DNA from: an uncultured Spirochaetaceae bacterium
GTDB lineage: Bacteria > Spirochaetota > Spirochaetia > SZUA-6 > RPPD01
Reading direction: 5' to 3'
NCBI GenBank assembly: GCA_964634205.1
Contig: CAZWKE010000001.1
Span: 33,325-97,324, forward strand
DNA: 64,000 nucleotides
Each line of letters starts with the position of its first letter. The first letter of the stretch is position 1. Positions 40,662-50,961 of this stretch are shown here, piece after piece. A model generated the notes under the pieces. The model did not search any database, was not told where the DNA came from, and saw only the letters and a list, made by a program, of their open reading frames with translations. Made by a program: the position numbers and the translations under genes.

Positions 40662-42197
40662 CTACTCTCCTTTTACTACCGTACCTTTGAATACCTTTTT
40701 AATAAGATTTTCATCGTCATCGGAGACCGGCCCTTGTCCGGTTCCGGCCTCTTTAATAAGCTCAATCTTCACCGCCAGCTGGCTCCCTGCCAGTTTGGCC
40801 GCGATTTCCGAAACCGTGGATCTTTCTCCCATGACAAACTCGGCGGAGAAAGCGTCTTTGTCCGGAAACAACAATAACAGCGTGTTGTCATGAAGTCTGC
40901 ATTCGGTGCATTTTTTTAAGGAGGAAGCAAGCGTAAGCTTTTTCTTCCCTATGGTTTCGATGATCCCTTGAAGTATTGCCTCGCCGGAAAGTGCTTTGGC
41001 CGGCTGCGGCTCCTGCGAAGCCGTGGAACGGTTTCCCTGCTTTTTTTGGGGGGCGGTACCGATATCGGCTTTGAGTTTTCGGACCGTCTCTAATAACTCA
41101 GAAGGCGTAATCAATGTCTGCAGGCTGCAAAGCCGGGACAGCAAAAGTTCCAGTTCAAATTTTTGATTCAACGAAAACCGAAAATTCCGGTAAAGGTGAA
41201 GGATGAGGTCCAAGGCTTTTTCTATCTGTTGTATTGTGAAGGTGTCGACGGTCTCCTTGGGAAAGGTATCAGGTGAGCACCCTAGGAGTGATTCCTTTGT
41301 AATCCCGCTTTTTAGAAAAAGAAGGTTGCGAAAGTATTCCGCCAGGCCGATAACAAACTGCTCCTCGGAAATCCCCTTGCTAAGGGTGTCGTCCGTGGCA
41401 TGCAGTACCTCACGCATATCTCCCTGAGTAAGTTTCTGTATCAGTTTCCCCATCTCTTCGGTTCCGACAATACCCATCTTCTCCTGGATCTTAGCCATAA
41501 CGATATTGTTTCCTGAAAAGGAGACAATCTGATCAAACAGCGTATACGCATCCCGCAGAGAGCCGGTGGCTTCCTTGGCAATCCAGATAAGAGACTCGTT
41601 GTCAATGGTAATAGACAGGTCCTTGGAAACCTCTTGTATTTTATTTTTGATATCGGTGAGTGAAATAAGACGAAAATTAAACTGCTGACATCTGGAGCGG
41701 ATGGTCGCCGGAACTTTATGCACCTCGGTTGTGGCGAAAATAAAAACCACATGGGGCGGCGGTTCCTCGATTGTTTTCAGCAGGGCATTGAAGGCGCTGT
41801 TGGAGAGCATGTGTACTTCATCGATAATGTATACCTTGTAGCGAAAACTACTCGGAGCAAAAAGGACCTCATCGCGGATCTCCCTGACGTCGTTCACGCT
41901 GGTGTGAGAAGCCCCGTCAATCTCGATCACATCGAACGATCTGCCCTCATTAATCGCCGTACACGAATCACAGGCCCCGCAGGGATTTGCGGTAAGCCCC
42001 TGTTCACAGTTTAATGATTTGGCCATGATTCTGGCGGCAGATGTTTTTCCCACCCCTCGGGGACCGGAAAAAAGATACGCATGGGCCACCCGTTTTTGCA
42101 CTACTGAATTTTTCAGAGCGGAAACAATAAACTCCTGCCCCACTAATTCATCAAATGTCCTGGGTCGTTTTTTTATCGCGGTTACTTCGTAGGTCAT
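40662..42197 (-). CDS. dnaX: DNA polymerase III subunit gamma/tau
   Basis: RPRTFDELVGQ, GPRGVGKTS, DEVHMLS, LLKTIEEPP, SRCQ. Confidence 0.98.
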   Translation of the reverse strand: MTYEVTAIKKRPRTFDELVGQEFIVSALKNSVVQKRVAHAYLFSGPRGVGKTSAARIMAKSLNCEQGLTANPCGACDSCTAINEGRSFDVIEIDGASHTSVNDVREIRDEVLFAPSSFRYKVYIIDEVHMLSNSAFNALLKTIEEPPPHVVFIFATTEVHKVPATIRSRCQQFNFRLISLTDIKNKIQEVSKDLSITIDNESLIWIAKEATGSLRDAYTLFDQIVSFSGNNIVMAKIQEKMGIVGTEEMGKLIQKLTQGDMREVLHATDDTLSKGISEEQFVIGLAEYFRNLLFLKSGITKESLLGCSPDTFPKETVDTFTIQQIEKALDLILHLYRNFRFSLNQKFELELLLSRLCSLQTLITPSELLETVRKLKADIGTAPQKKQGNRSTASQEPQPAKALSGEAILQGIIETIGKKKLTLASSLKKCTECRLHDNTLLLLFPDKDAFSAEFVMGERSTVSEIAAKLAGSQLAVKIELIKEAGTGQGPVSDDDENLIKKVFKGTVVKGE

Positions 42198-42231
42198 AGC
42201 ATAGTATACAAAATATAATAGAATTTAAAAA

Positions 42232-42355
42232 CCCCTTTAGTGCTCACCAAGCTGATTGCAGCTCATTTACCATTCGCTTACCGCTGCTACCTTCCGGTCC
42301 TGACGGAGTTGGGCGACGGCAAATAGTGCAGAGCCTGGATAATACACTAAAGGGG
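42232..42355 (-). ncRNA. ffs: Signal recognition particle RNA (4.5S/SRP)
   Basis: Minus strand carries TCAGGACCGGAAGGTAGCAGC (domain IV); the ends CCCCTTTAGTG/CACTAAAGGGG pair; directly upstream of dnaX. Confidence 0.93.
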
Positions 42356-42357
42356 AA

Positions 42358-42445
42358 CGGAGAGAGAGGGATTCGAACCCTCGGTACCCGGGTAGAGTAC
42401 ACACGCTTTCCAAGCGTGCACCTTCGGCCTCTCGGTCATCTCTCC
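42358..42445 (-). tRNA. tRNA-Ser(GGA)
   Basis: Anticodon arm CACGC-TTGGAAA-GCGTG, normal class II arm, discriminator G. Confidence 0.96.
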
Positions 42446-42492
42446 TCATGCTGTCAAAAAGCAATTAATGTGTTTCCATCTACTTGTTTTTG

Positions 42493-42633
42493 CGGAGAGA
42501 GGGGGATTCGAACCCCCGGCCCCTCACCAATTACATGGGGTATCAGCCGCCGAATTAAGTGGCCCTTCCCATGTATTTGATGAGGGGCAACGGTTTTCGA
42601 GACCGCCCGATTCAACCGCTCTCGCATCTCTCC
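42493..42633 (-). tRNA. tRNA-Ser(CGA) with a 72-nt extended variable arm (141 nt total)
   Basis: GGAGAGA/TCTCTCC acceptor stem, G discriminator, anticodon arm GCGGT-CTCGAAA-ACCGT and T arm GGGGG-TTCGAAT-CCCCC all intact. Confidence 0.9.
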
Positions 42634-42642
42634 GTAAGAATT

Positions 42643-42716
42643 TGTGCCCAAGAGGACTCGAACCTCCGGCCTTTAGATCCGCAATCTAACGCTCTATCCA
42701 GCTGAGCTATGGGCAC
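42643..42716 (-). tRNA. tRNA-Arg(GCG)
   Basis: Anticodon arm TTAGA-TTGCGGA-TCTAA; GTGCCCA/TGGGCAC acceptor stem. Confidence 0.95.
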
Positions 42717-42725
42717 AGTAAAAAA

Positions 42726-42813
<88 letters not shown>

Positions 42814-42824
42814 TTTGTATATGA

Positions 42825-42909
42825 CGGAGAGAGAGGGATTCGAACCCCCGGTGAGTTGCCCCACAACGGTTTTCAAGACCGCCTCCTTCAACCACTCGGA
42901 CATCTCTCC
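42825..42909 (-). tRNA. tRNA-Ser(TGA)
   Basis: Anticodon arm GCGGT-CTTGAAA-ACCGT; class II arm. Confidence 0.96.
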
Positions 42910-42942
42910 GTATGCTCCATATATGGATTTGCAAACAGTATA

Positions 42943-42971
42943 ACTATACTCATGCGTATTACATTTGTCAA
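42943..42971 (-). promoter_or_regulatory. Sigma-70 promoter of the tRNA-ffs cluster
   Basis: TTGACA-N17-TATAGT, about 33 nt upstream of tRNA-Ser(TGA). Confidence 0.8.
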
Positions 42972-43022
42972 TAAAAATGAGTTTGAATGATCGTGTCGGC
43001 CATGCCGCCACCGTCTGACGAG

Positions 43023-43892
43023 CTACCCGATATTCTTGCTGATAATATCATAAATTCTATCCAGGTCGTCGGCGGAAAAATAACTGATTTCAATCTTGCC
43101 TTTTTGCAGGGTCCCCTTTATAGATATTTTCGTGCCCAACGCATTAATAAACTTTTCTTTAATGTCCTCAATCTCCGGTATTTTTTCGGGCTTTTCAGGA
43201 AGACGCGGCTCGGTTTTTTCTTCAGGTTTCCCCTGGAGTTTTGCGGCCATGGATTCGGCTTCGCGCACTGAAAGGAATTTATCGACGATGCTGTTATAGA
43301 GAATGATCTGCCCCGAGGTGTCCTCAACCGACAGAATGGCGCGTGCGTGGCCCGCGGATATTTTCCCCTGCTGCAAGCCATCCTGCATCATCTGCGGCAG
43401 CTTTAACAGACGGATACTGTTGGCGATTGTAGAGCGGCTTTTCCCCAGGTGCCCGGCCAATTCATCCTGGCTGACCTTTGTCAATTCCAACAAATTTTTA
43501 TACGCGCGAGCCTCCTCGATGGGAGTAAGATCCTCTCTTTGTATATTCTCGATCAGGGATATTTCCAGTTTCTCGGCTTCGGAAAAATCTTTGATGATTA
43601 TCGGCAGCTTGTCTAATCCGGCCATTTTTGCCGCACGATAGCGCCTTTCCCCCGCGATTATAATGTAGGTCCGGTCTGCTGTTTGCTCTACCAGTATAGG
43701 CTGCAGCACACCCTTGGCCTTGATTGAATCAGCCAATTCCTTGAGACTCTGCTCACTGAACTGCTTCCGCGGTTGATTCGGGTTGGGGCTGATCGACCGG
43801 ATGTCAGCTTCTATCTGACTCCCGGTGTTTTCTTTGTTTTGGGACCCCTGGAGCAAGGCTTCGATTCCTTTCCCCAATGCTTTTTTAGACAT
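43023..43892 (-). CDS. parB: Chromosome partitioning protein ParB
   Basis: KKALGKGIEAL, PNPNQPRK, IIAGERRYRA, ENIQREDL. Confidence 0.97.
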   Translation of the reverse strand: MSKKALGKGIEALLQGSQNKENTGSQIEADIRSISPNPNQPRKQFSEQSLKELADSIKAKGVLQPILVEQTADRTYIIIAGERRYRAAKMAGLDKLPIIIKDFSEAEKLEISLIENIQREDLTPIEEARAYKNLLELTKVSQDELAGHLGKSRSTIANSIRLLKLPQMMQDGLQQGKISAGHARAILSVEDTSGQIILYNSIVDKFLSVREAESMAAKLQGKPEEKTEPRLPEKPEKIPEIEDIKEKFINALGTKISIKGTLQKGKIEISYFSADDLDRIYDIISKNIG

Positions 43893-44640
43893 ACTCTACA
43901 ACCTCTTCCGCAAGTTTTTTGTAGCTGACGGCACCGATACAATCGGGATCGTATTTGTTAATCGGGACGGAATAAGAAGGAGCTTCACTGAGGCGGACAT
44001 TACGGGGAACGACGGTTCGGAAAACTTTGTCTTTGAAATATTGGGTGACTTCCTGTACGACTTCATGTGCAAGACGGGTCCTTGTGTCATACATGGTAAA
44101 AAGAATCCCCCCGATTTGCAGGTCGGGATTGATTCCCTGTTGCACTGTTTTAATGGTTTGCAGCAGAGAGTTCAGCCCTTCAAGTGCGAAGTATTCACAC
44201 TGCAAGGGAATAAGCACATAATTCGCTGCGGCCAGACCATTAATCGTCAGGATTCCAAGAGAGGGTGGGCAGTCGATCAGAATATAATCATAATTGTGTT
44301 TAAAACCGTCAAGCGCCTTTTTCAAATAATATTCGCGACCTTCCACATCGGCTAATTCCACCGTTGCCCCTGAAAGATTAATGCTTGAAGGTATGATAGA
44401 CAGCCCGGGAACTGCTGTCTCCTGTACAGCCTGGTTGCCGGAAACGTGTGCGGTAATAACCTCGTATATTCCCGGTTTCTGGTTGTCCGCCCCGACGTTG
44501 CTTGAACAGTTGGCTTGTGAATCAAAATCAATAAGTAATACTTTCTTTCCCATTTCAGCCAGGTAGGCTCCGATATTTACCGCTGATGTGGTTTTCCCGA
44601 CCCCACCCTTTTGATTGGCAAAAACAATTATTTTTCCCAT
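43885..44640 (-). CDS. parA: Chromosome partitioning ATPase ParA/Soj
   Basis: NQKGGVGKTT, IDCPPSLG, QCEYFALEG, VRLSEAPS. Confidence 0.97.
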   Translation of the reverse strand: MGKIIVFANQKGGVGKTTSAVNIGAYLAEMGKKVLLIDFDSQANCSSNVGADNQKPGIYEVITAHVSGNQAVQETAVPGLSIIPSSINLSGATVELADVEGREYYLKKALDGFKHNYDYILIDCPPSLGILTINGLAAANYVLIPLQCEYFALEGLNSLLQTIKTVQQGINPDLQIGGILFTMYDTRTRLAHEVVQEVTQYFKDKVFRTVVPRNVRLSEAPSYSVPINKYDPDCIGAVSYKKLAEEVVEYV

Positions 44641-44690
44641 TACGATACCTGTGGTTAAAGATATTATGTACTATATCAGAAAACCTTTTA

Positions 44691-44710
44691 TAGTGCTACG
44701 AAGCTTGTGG
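44691..44710 (+). repeat. Solo copy of the IS terminal inverted repeat
   Basis: TA+GTGCTACGAAGCTTGTGG matches the IS left end (ATGCTACGAAGCTTGTGG) at 17/18. Confidence 0.75.
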
Positions 44711-44918
44711 TTTTTATTTATTTTATTCATGTAAAATTAATAAAATATCCTTACGGTAAGAAAAGAGCAATAATTAACCTGGAAAGAACAAAATGGCTTT
44801 TACTATTATAAAAATAATTGCAAAATTTATTGCATATTCAGGCACATAATAATATCTTATAGGTGAAGGAAAGCGGGCGGATTATAGTTTAACTGCCAGA
44901 TTACAAAGGAGAGAACTT

Positions 44919-45143
44919 ATGTTAAAAGCACAGGTTGAAAAGGCACTTAATGATGTACGTCCCTCGTTACAGGCTGACGGTGGCGACGTGGAACTTGTTG
45001 ATGTGAATGAACAGGGGATCGTAAAAGTAAAGCTGACAGGTGCCTGCCATGGATGCCCGATGTCTCAAATGACATTGAGTAATGGTATTGAACGGTATCT
45101 AAAAAAGCAAATACCCGATGTCACTAAAGTTGAAGCCGTATAA
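44919..45143 (+). CDS. NifU C-terminal domain (Nfu-type) Fe-S carrier
   Basis: VRPSLQADGGDVELV, GACHGCPMS (CxxC); AGGAG RBS. Confidence 0.92.
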   Translation: MLKAQVEKALNDVRPSLQADGGDVELVDVNEQGIVKVKLTGACHGCPMSQMTLSNGIERYLKKQIPDVTKVEAV

Positions 45144-45161
45144 TAATCTAAAAATAGATAT

Positions 45162-45193
45162 AAAAAAGACCGCTTTTATGCGGTCTTTTTTTT
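45162..45193. terminator. Bidirectional intrinsic terminator
   Basis: A6-GACCGC-TTTTAT-GCGGTC-T8. Confidence 0.8.
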
Positions 45194-45208
45194 GTTTCAC
45201 GTGAAACA
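45193..45208. promoter_or_regulatory. parS centromere-like site
   Basis: Perfect palindrome TGTTTCACGTGAAACA, about 550 bp from parA. Confidence 0.92.
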
Positions 45209-45217
45209 TTTTTTTTA

Positions 45218-46469
45218 ATGCTACGAAGCTTGTGGGAAAAAGCAAAACGCAGGTCAAGGGTGTAATACATTGGTAGGATATCCTCTTTTGAAAGGAGAAA
45301 GCACAATGAAAATACCCGAGTTTTGCCCCAATATGCTGTGTAAGCTGCACGACAAGGATAACACAAAAAAACACTGGTTTGCCAGGCACGGCAGGTATTA
45401 TACTAAAACCTTCGGGGTGGTACAGCGCTTTGTCTGTCGCTGTTGCAATAAAACATTTTCCACCCAGACACTTAACATTGATTATTACGCAAAAAAGAAG
45501 CTTGATTATCATGAGTTGGTAAAAAAGCTTGTGTCCACAAGTAGTCAGCGGGATATGAGCCGGGACTTCAAGGTATCTCTGGGTACGGTAAGGAATAAGC
45601 TCGACCGCTTGTCACGACAAGCAATGGCTCTGCACCAGACACTCAAACAAGAGGTAAGCGATCAGGCTGTGGTAGTGGCTGACGGGTTTGAAAGTTTTTG
45701 TGTGTCACAATACTTTCCCAACAATATCCATCTTTTGGCCCTGAAGGATTCCCAGTATATCTGCTATACAAACTATGTAACCATCAGGCGGAAGGGGCGG
45801 ATGACCCCTAAGCAGAAGCTGAAAAGAGAAAGGCTGGAACGGCAGTTCTGGGCCCCGTATAAGGGGATCGAGCTTGAGTTTGCTGAGGTATTGGATGAGG
45901 TAGTCCGGATCCGGGACAACTCCGTATATCCTCGGTTTACCTTCTATACTGATGAGAAACCTGAGTATGTACGGGCCATGAGCAACCATCCTCACGTCAG
46001 CAGCCTGAAACAGCGGCAGCAGCTTGTGCATGAGCAGATATCTTCCCGGAAAGCCCGAACCATCACCAATCACCTGTTTGCGGTAAACTACCTGGACAGA
46101 CAGATCAGGAAGGACCTGGCCGGGCATGTGCGGGAGACCGTGTGTTTTGCTCGTAATGTGAATGACTGTATGAACCGGCTGAACGTATATTTTATGTATC
46201 ACAATTATATAAAGGTGTTTCGGGAAAAACAGCGGCATAAAGATAAGCGGACCCATGCCGAGGTGGCGGGAATTCCTAAGGTGAGCATCCGTAAAGCATT
46301 GCGCTTCATTTTTACCAGGAGGCGATTCTTGTCCTTGGAATCCATTACCGGTTTCAATCTCCGCTTATGGCAGAGACAGTTGTTTACTCCCTTAAAACGC
46401 AGGGTGGAATATGTTCCTAAGTATGCTTTTGCTTAAATGCTCATCTCAAAACAACAAGGTTCGTAGCAC
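45218..46469 (+). mobile_element. Insertion sequence (1252 bp) with about 18-bp TIRs and a putative TA target duplication
   Basis: Left ATGCTACGAAGCTTGTGG; right (reverse complement) GTGCTACGAACCTTGTTG; TA on both flanks; one transposase-like ORF inside. Confidence 0.8.
45306..46436 (+). CDS. Transposase (zinc ribbon + HTH + DDE-like; IS1-related architecture)
   Basis: CPNMLC...CRCC, HTH SQRDMSRDFKVSLGTV, acidic motifs ADGFESF, TDEKPEY and YLDRQIR, HNYIK; AGGAG RBS before ATG 45306. Confidence 0.75.
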   Translation: MKIPEFCPNMLCKLHDKDNTKKHWFARHGRYYTKTFGVVQRFVCRCCNKTFSTQTLNIDYYAKKKLDYHELVKKLVSTSSQRDMSRDFKVSLGTVRNKLDRLSRQAMALHQTLKQEVSDQAVVVADGFESFCVSQYFPNNIHLLALKDSQYICYTNYVTIRRKGRMTPKQKLKRERLERQFWAPYKGIELEFAEVLDEVVRIRDNSVYPRFTFYTDEKPEYVRAMSNHPHVSSLKQRQQLVHEQISSRKARTITNHLFAVNYLDRQIRKDLAGHVRETVCFARNVNDCMNRLNVYFMYHNYIKVFREKQRHKDKRTHAEVAGIPKVSIRKALRFIFTRRRFLSLESITGFNLRLWQRQLFTPLKRRVEYVPKYAFA

Positions 46470-48898
46470 TAACTATCTTTCTCGTCGCGGGCTATTCCCA
46501 CAACATAATCATCATCTCGTATAGAAACGATGCACACACCCATTGCGGTTTTGCCCATTTCCGGAATGCTTTTCAGTTTCAGCTTAATTGTATTGCCGGT
46601 AGAGGTAATGCAGATCAGGTCGTCTTTTTTACGGATATTAAGGGCACTGACAAGTTTCCCGGTTTTTTCGCTCACCTTGTAACATGTCTGCCCCTTGGTC
46701 CCTCTGCCGTGAGGTTTAAAATTATCATAAAGAATTCGTTTGCCGTACCCCATACTGCTGATAAGTACCATATGCTCATCCTTTTGGATGGTAATCGCGG
46801 AAATGACTTTATCATCCGGAGAAAGACGGATGCCTATTACCCCGTGTGAGGTTCTTCCTGTAGGGCGTACGGATTTTTCCTTAAAGCGTAATGCGTAGCC
46901 CTTGCTGGTAACAAGCAGGATATCCTCATTCCCGGCAGAGAGGTTGGCGCCGATCAGCCGGTCGTTCTTGTCCAGGTTGATGGCGATGATCCCCCGCTGG
47001 CGAGCGTTTGAAAAATCACTTGTTTTTACCTTTTTCACAATGCCTTTGCTGGTTGCCATAAAGACGTAATTGTCCTCGGAGAAATCGCTGAGGGAAGCGC
47101 AGGTGGTGATATCCTCATTTTCAGAAAGCGCCAGAAGGGCCTTTATGTGCTGACCCCGGGAGATTTTGGAACCCTCGGGAATCTCGTGTACCTTCAGCCA
47201 GTAGGCTTTTCCCTCGGAAGTAATAAACAATATATAATCATGGGTAGAAGCGATGAAAATTTGGGTGATAAAGTCCTCATCCTTCAATTTGGAAGATGAG
47301 CTTCCCCTGCCCCCGCGGTTTTGCCGTTTATAGATAGAAAGCGGCAGACGCTTGATAAAGCCTTTGTTGGAGATGACGATTACCATGTCTTCTTTTACGA
47401 TCAAATCTTCAATATCAAGTTTTTCGACCTCGTCTGCCACGATTTCCGTTTTCCGTTTATCACCGTATTTTTTGGCAATCTCTTCCATTTCTTCTTTTAC
47501 GACATTCAGAATTTTTCTCTCGCTTGCCAGCAGGTCTTTCAGGCAGGCGATTAGTTTTTTTATTTCCGCCAGTTCCTCGATGATTTTTTGGGTTTCCAGG
47601 CTTGTCAGTTTTTGCAGGCGCATATCCAGGATGGCCTGGGCTTGTTTGGTACTGAGTCCAAAACGCTGTCTCAGGTTTTTCCTGGCCAGATCCACTGTTT
47701 TTGACTGCTTTATAATTTTGATAACTTCATCAATATTATCCAGCGCTATTTTTAAACCTTCCAGGATATGTTCACGTTCCAGGGCCTTTTTCAGATCAAA
47801 CTTACTTCGGCGGATAACCACCTCTTTCCGGTGATCAACAAAACAGGAAATTAATTCTTTCAGATTGACAAGCTTTGGCTTCCCGTGAACCAGGGCGATG
47901 TTGTTGACATTAAAGTTTATCTGCAATTGAGTGTTCGTGAATAACTGGTTTAAAATAACTTTTGGAATCGCACCCCGACGCAGCTCGATGACAATGCGAA
48001 TACCGTTTCTGTCGGACTCGTCCCTGAGATCGGAGATTCCGTCAATTCTATGCACTTTCACCATGTCGGCGATTTTTACAATCAAACTGGACTTGTTTAC
48101 CTGGTAGGGGATTTCCTTGACGATGATCGCATCCCTGCCCCCTTTCAGGGTTTCCAGCACGATCTTGGCGCGCAGTACAATTCTTCCCTTGCCGGTTCTA
48201 AAGGCATCTTTTATTCCTTTTATACCGTAGATTATTCCGCCGGTGGGAAAGTCCGGCCCTTTAATAAAGTATAATAGCTCTTTGGTTGTTATTTTATGAT
48301 TTTCGATGTATGCGGAAGTGGCGGCCGCGATCTCATTCAGATTGTGGGGTGCCATATTTGTAGCCATACCTACGGCGATTCCGCTTGCTCCGTTGGCCAG
48401 TAAAAAAGGAAACGCGCCGGGAAGGACAAACGGTTCCTGGAGCGAATCGTCATAGTTGGGAACAAAGTCCACCGTCTCTTTGTTGATGTCGCGCAGCATT
48501 TCCTCGGCGAGTTTGGCCATACGTGCTTCGGTGTACCGCATGGCTGCGGGAGGATCTCCGTCAACTGAACCGAAGTTCCCTTGGCCGGTCACCACCGGAT
48601 AGCGCAGAGAAAAATCTTGTGCCAGGCGTACCAGTGCATCATAAATTGATTGGTCACCGTGGGGATGGTATTTCCCCAGTACATCGCCGACAATCCTTCC
48701 GGTTTTTTTAAAGGGCCGGTCGGAACGCAGACCCATTTCATTCATGGAATAAAGAATTCTCCGATGAACGGGTTTCAGGCCGTCACGTGCGTCAGGGAGT
48801 GCCCTGCTGACGATTACGGACATCGCATAGTTTAGATAGGATTCTTTGACTTCATCTTCAATGGCTACAGGAATAACCCGGCCGATATGGTCACTCAT
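46469..48898 (-). CDS. gyrA: DNA gyrase subunit A
   Basis: [30 protein letters not shown], GyrA-box QNRGGRG, pinwheel CTD. Confidence 0.98.
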   Translation of the reverse strand: MSDHIGRVIPVAIEDEVKESYLNYAMSVIVSRALPDARDGLKPVHRRILYSMNEMGLRSDRPFKKTGRIVGDVLGKYHPHGDQSIYDALVRLAQDFSLRYPVVTGQGNFGSVDGDPPAAMRYTEARMAKLAEEMLRDINKETVDFVPNYDDSLQEPFVLPGAFPFLLANGASGIAVGMATNMAPHNLNEIAAATSAYIENHKITTKELLYFIKGPDFPTGGIIYGIKGIKDAFRTGKGRIVLRAKIVLETLKGGRDAIIVKEIPYQVNKSSLIVKIADMVKVHRIDGISDLRDESDRNGIRIVIELRRGAIPKVILNQLFTNTQLQINFNVNNIALVHGKPKLVNLKELISCFVDHRKEVVIRRSKFDLKKALEREHILEGLKIALDNIDEVIKIIKQSKTVDLARKNLRQRFGLSTKQAQAILDMRLQKLTSLETQKIIEELAEIKKLIACLKDLLASERKILNVVKEEMEEIAKKYGDKRKTEIVADEVEKLDIEDLIVKEDMVIVISNKGFIKRLPLSIYKRQNRGGRGSSSSKLKDEDFITQIFIASTHDYILFITSEGKAYWLKVHEIPEGSKISRGQHIKALLALSENEDITTCASLSDFSEDNYVFMATSKGIVKKVKTSDFSNARQRGIIAINLDKNDRLIGANLSAGNEDILLVTSKGYALRFKEKSVRPTGRTSHGVIGIRLSPDDKVISAITIQKDEHMVLISSMGYGKRILYDNFKPHGRGTKGQTCYKVSEKTGKLVSALNIRKKDDLICITSTGNTIKLKLKSIPEMGKTAMGVCIVSIRDDDYVVGIARDEKDS

Positions 48899-48920
48899 AT
48901 TAGACTCCCGTTAATTGGTG

Positions 48921-50843
<1,923 letters not shown>

Positions 50844-50869
50844 TTATCGTTCCTAAAATGGGATAGCAT

Positions 50870-50898
50870 ATTATAGTATGTCCCCCAAAAAAAGTAAA
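50870..50898 (-). promoter_or_regulatory. Sigma-70 promoter of gyrBA
   Basis: TTTACT-N17-TATAAT. Confidence 0.65.
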
Positions 50899-50961
50899 GC
50901 ACTCTGCGCCGCTCGGAAATGCAAGCATATGCAAAATATAATAAATATTATATATGAAAAA

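Noticed and set aside
45705-46256. 183-aa antisense ORF within the transposase
   Set aside because: It has no recognisable features and is probably a shadow ORF.
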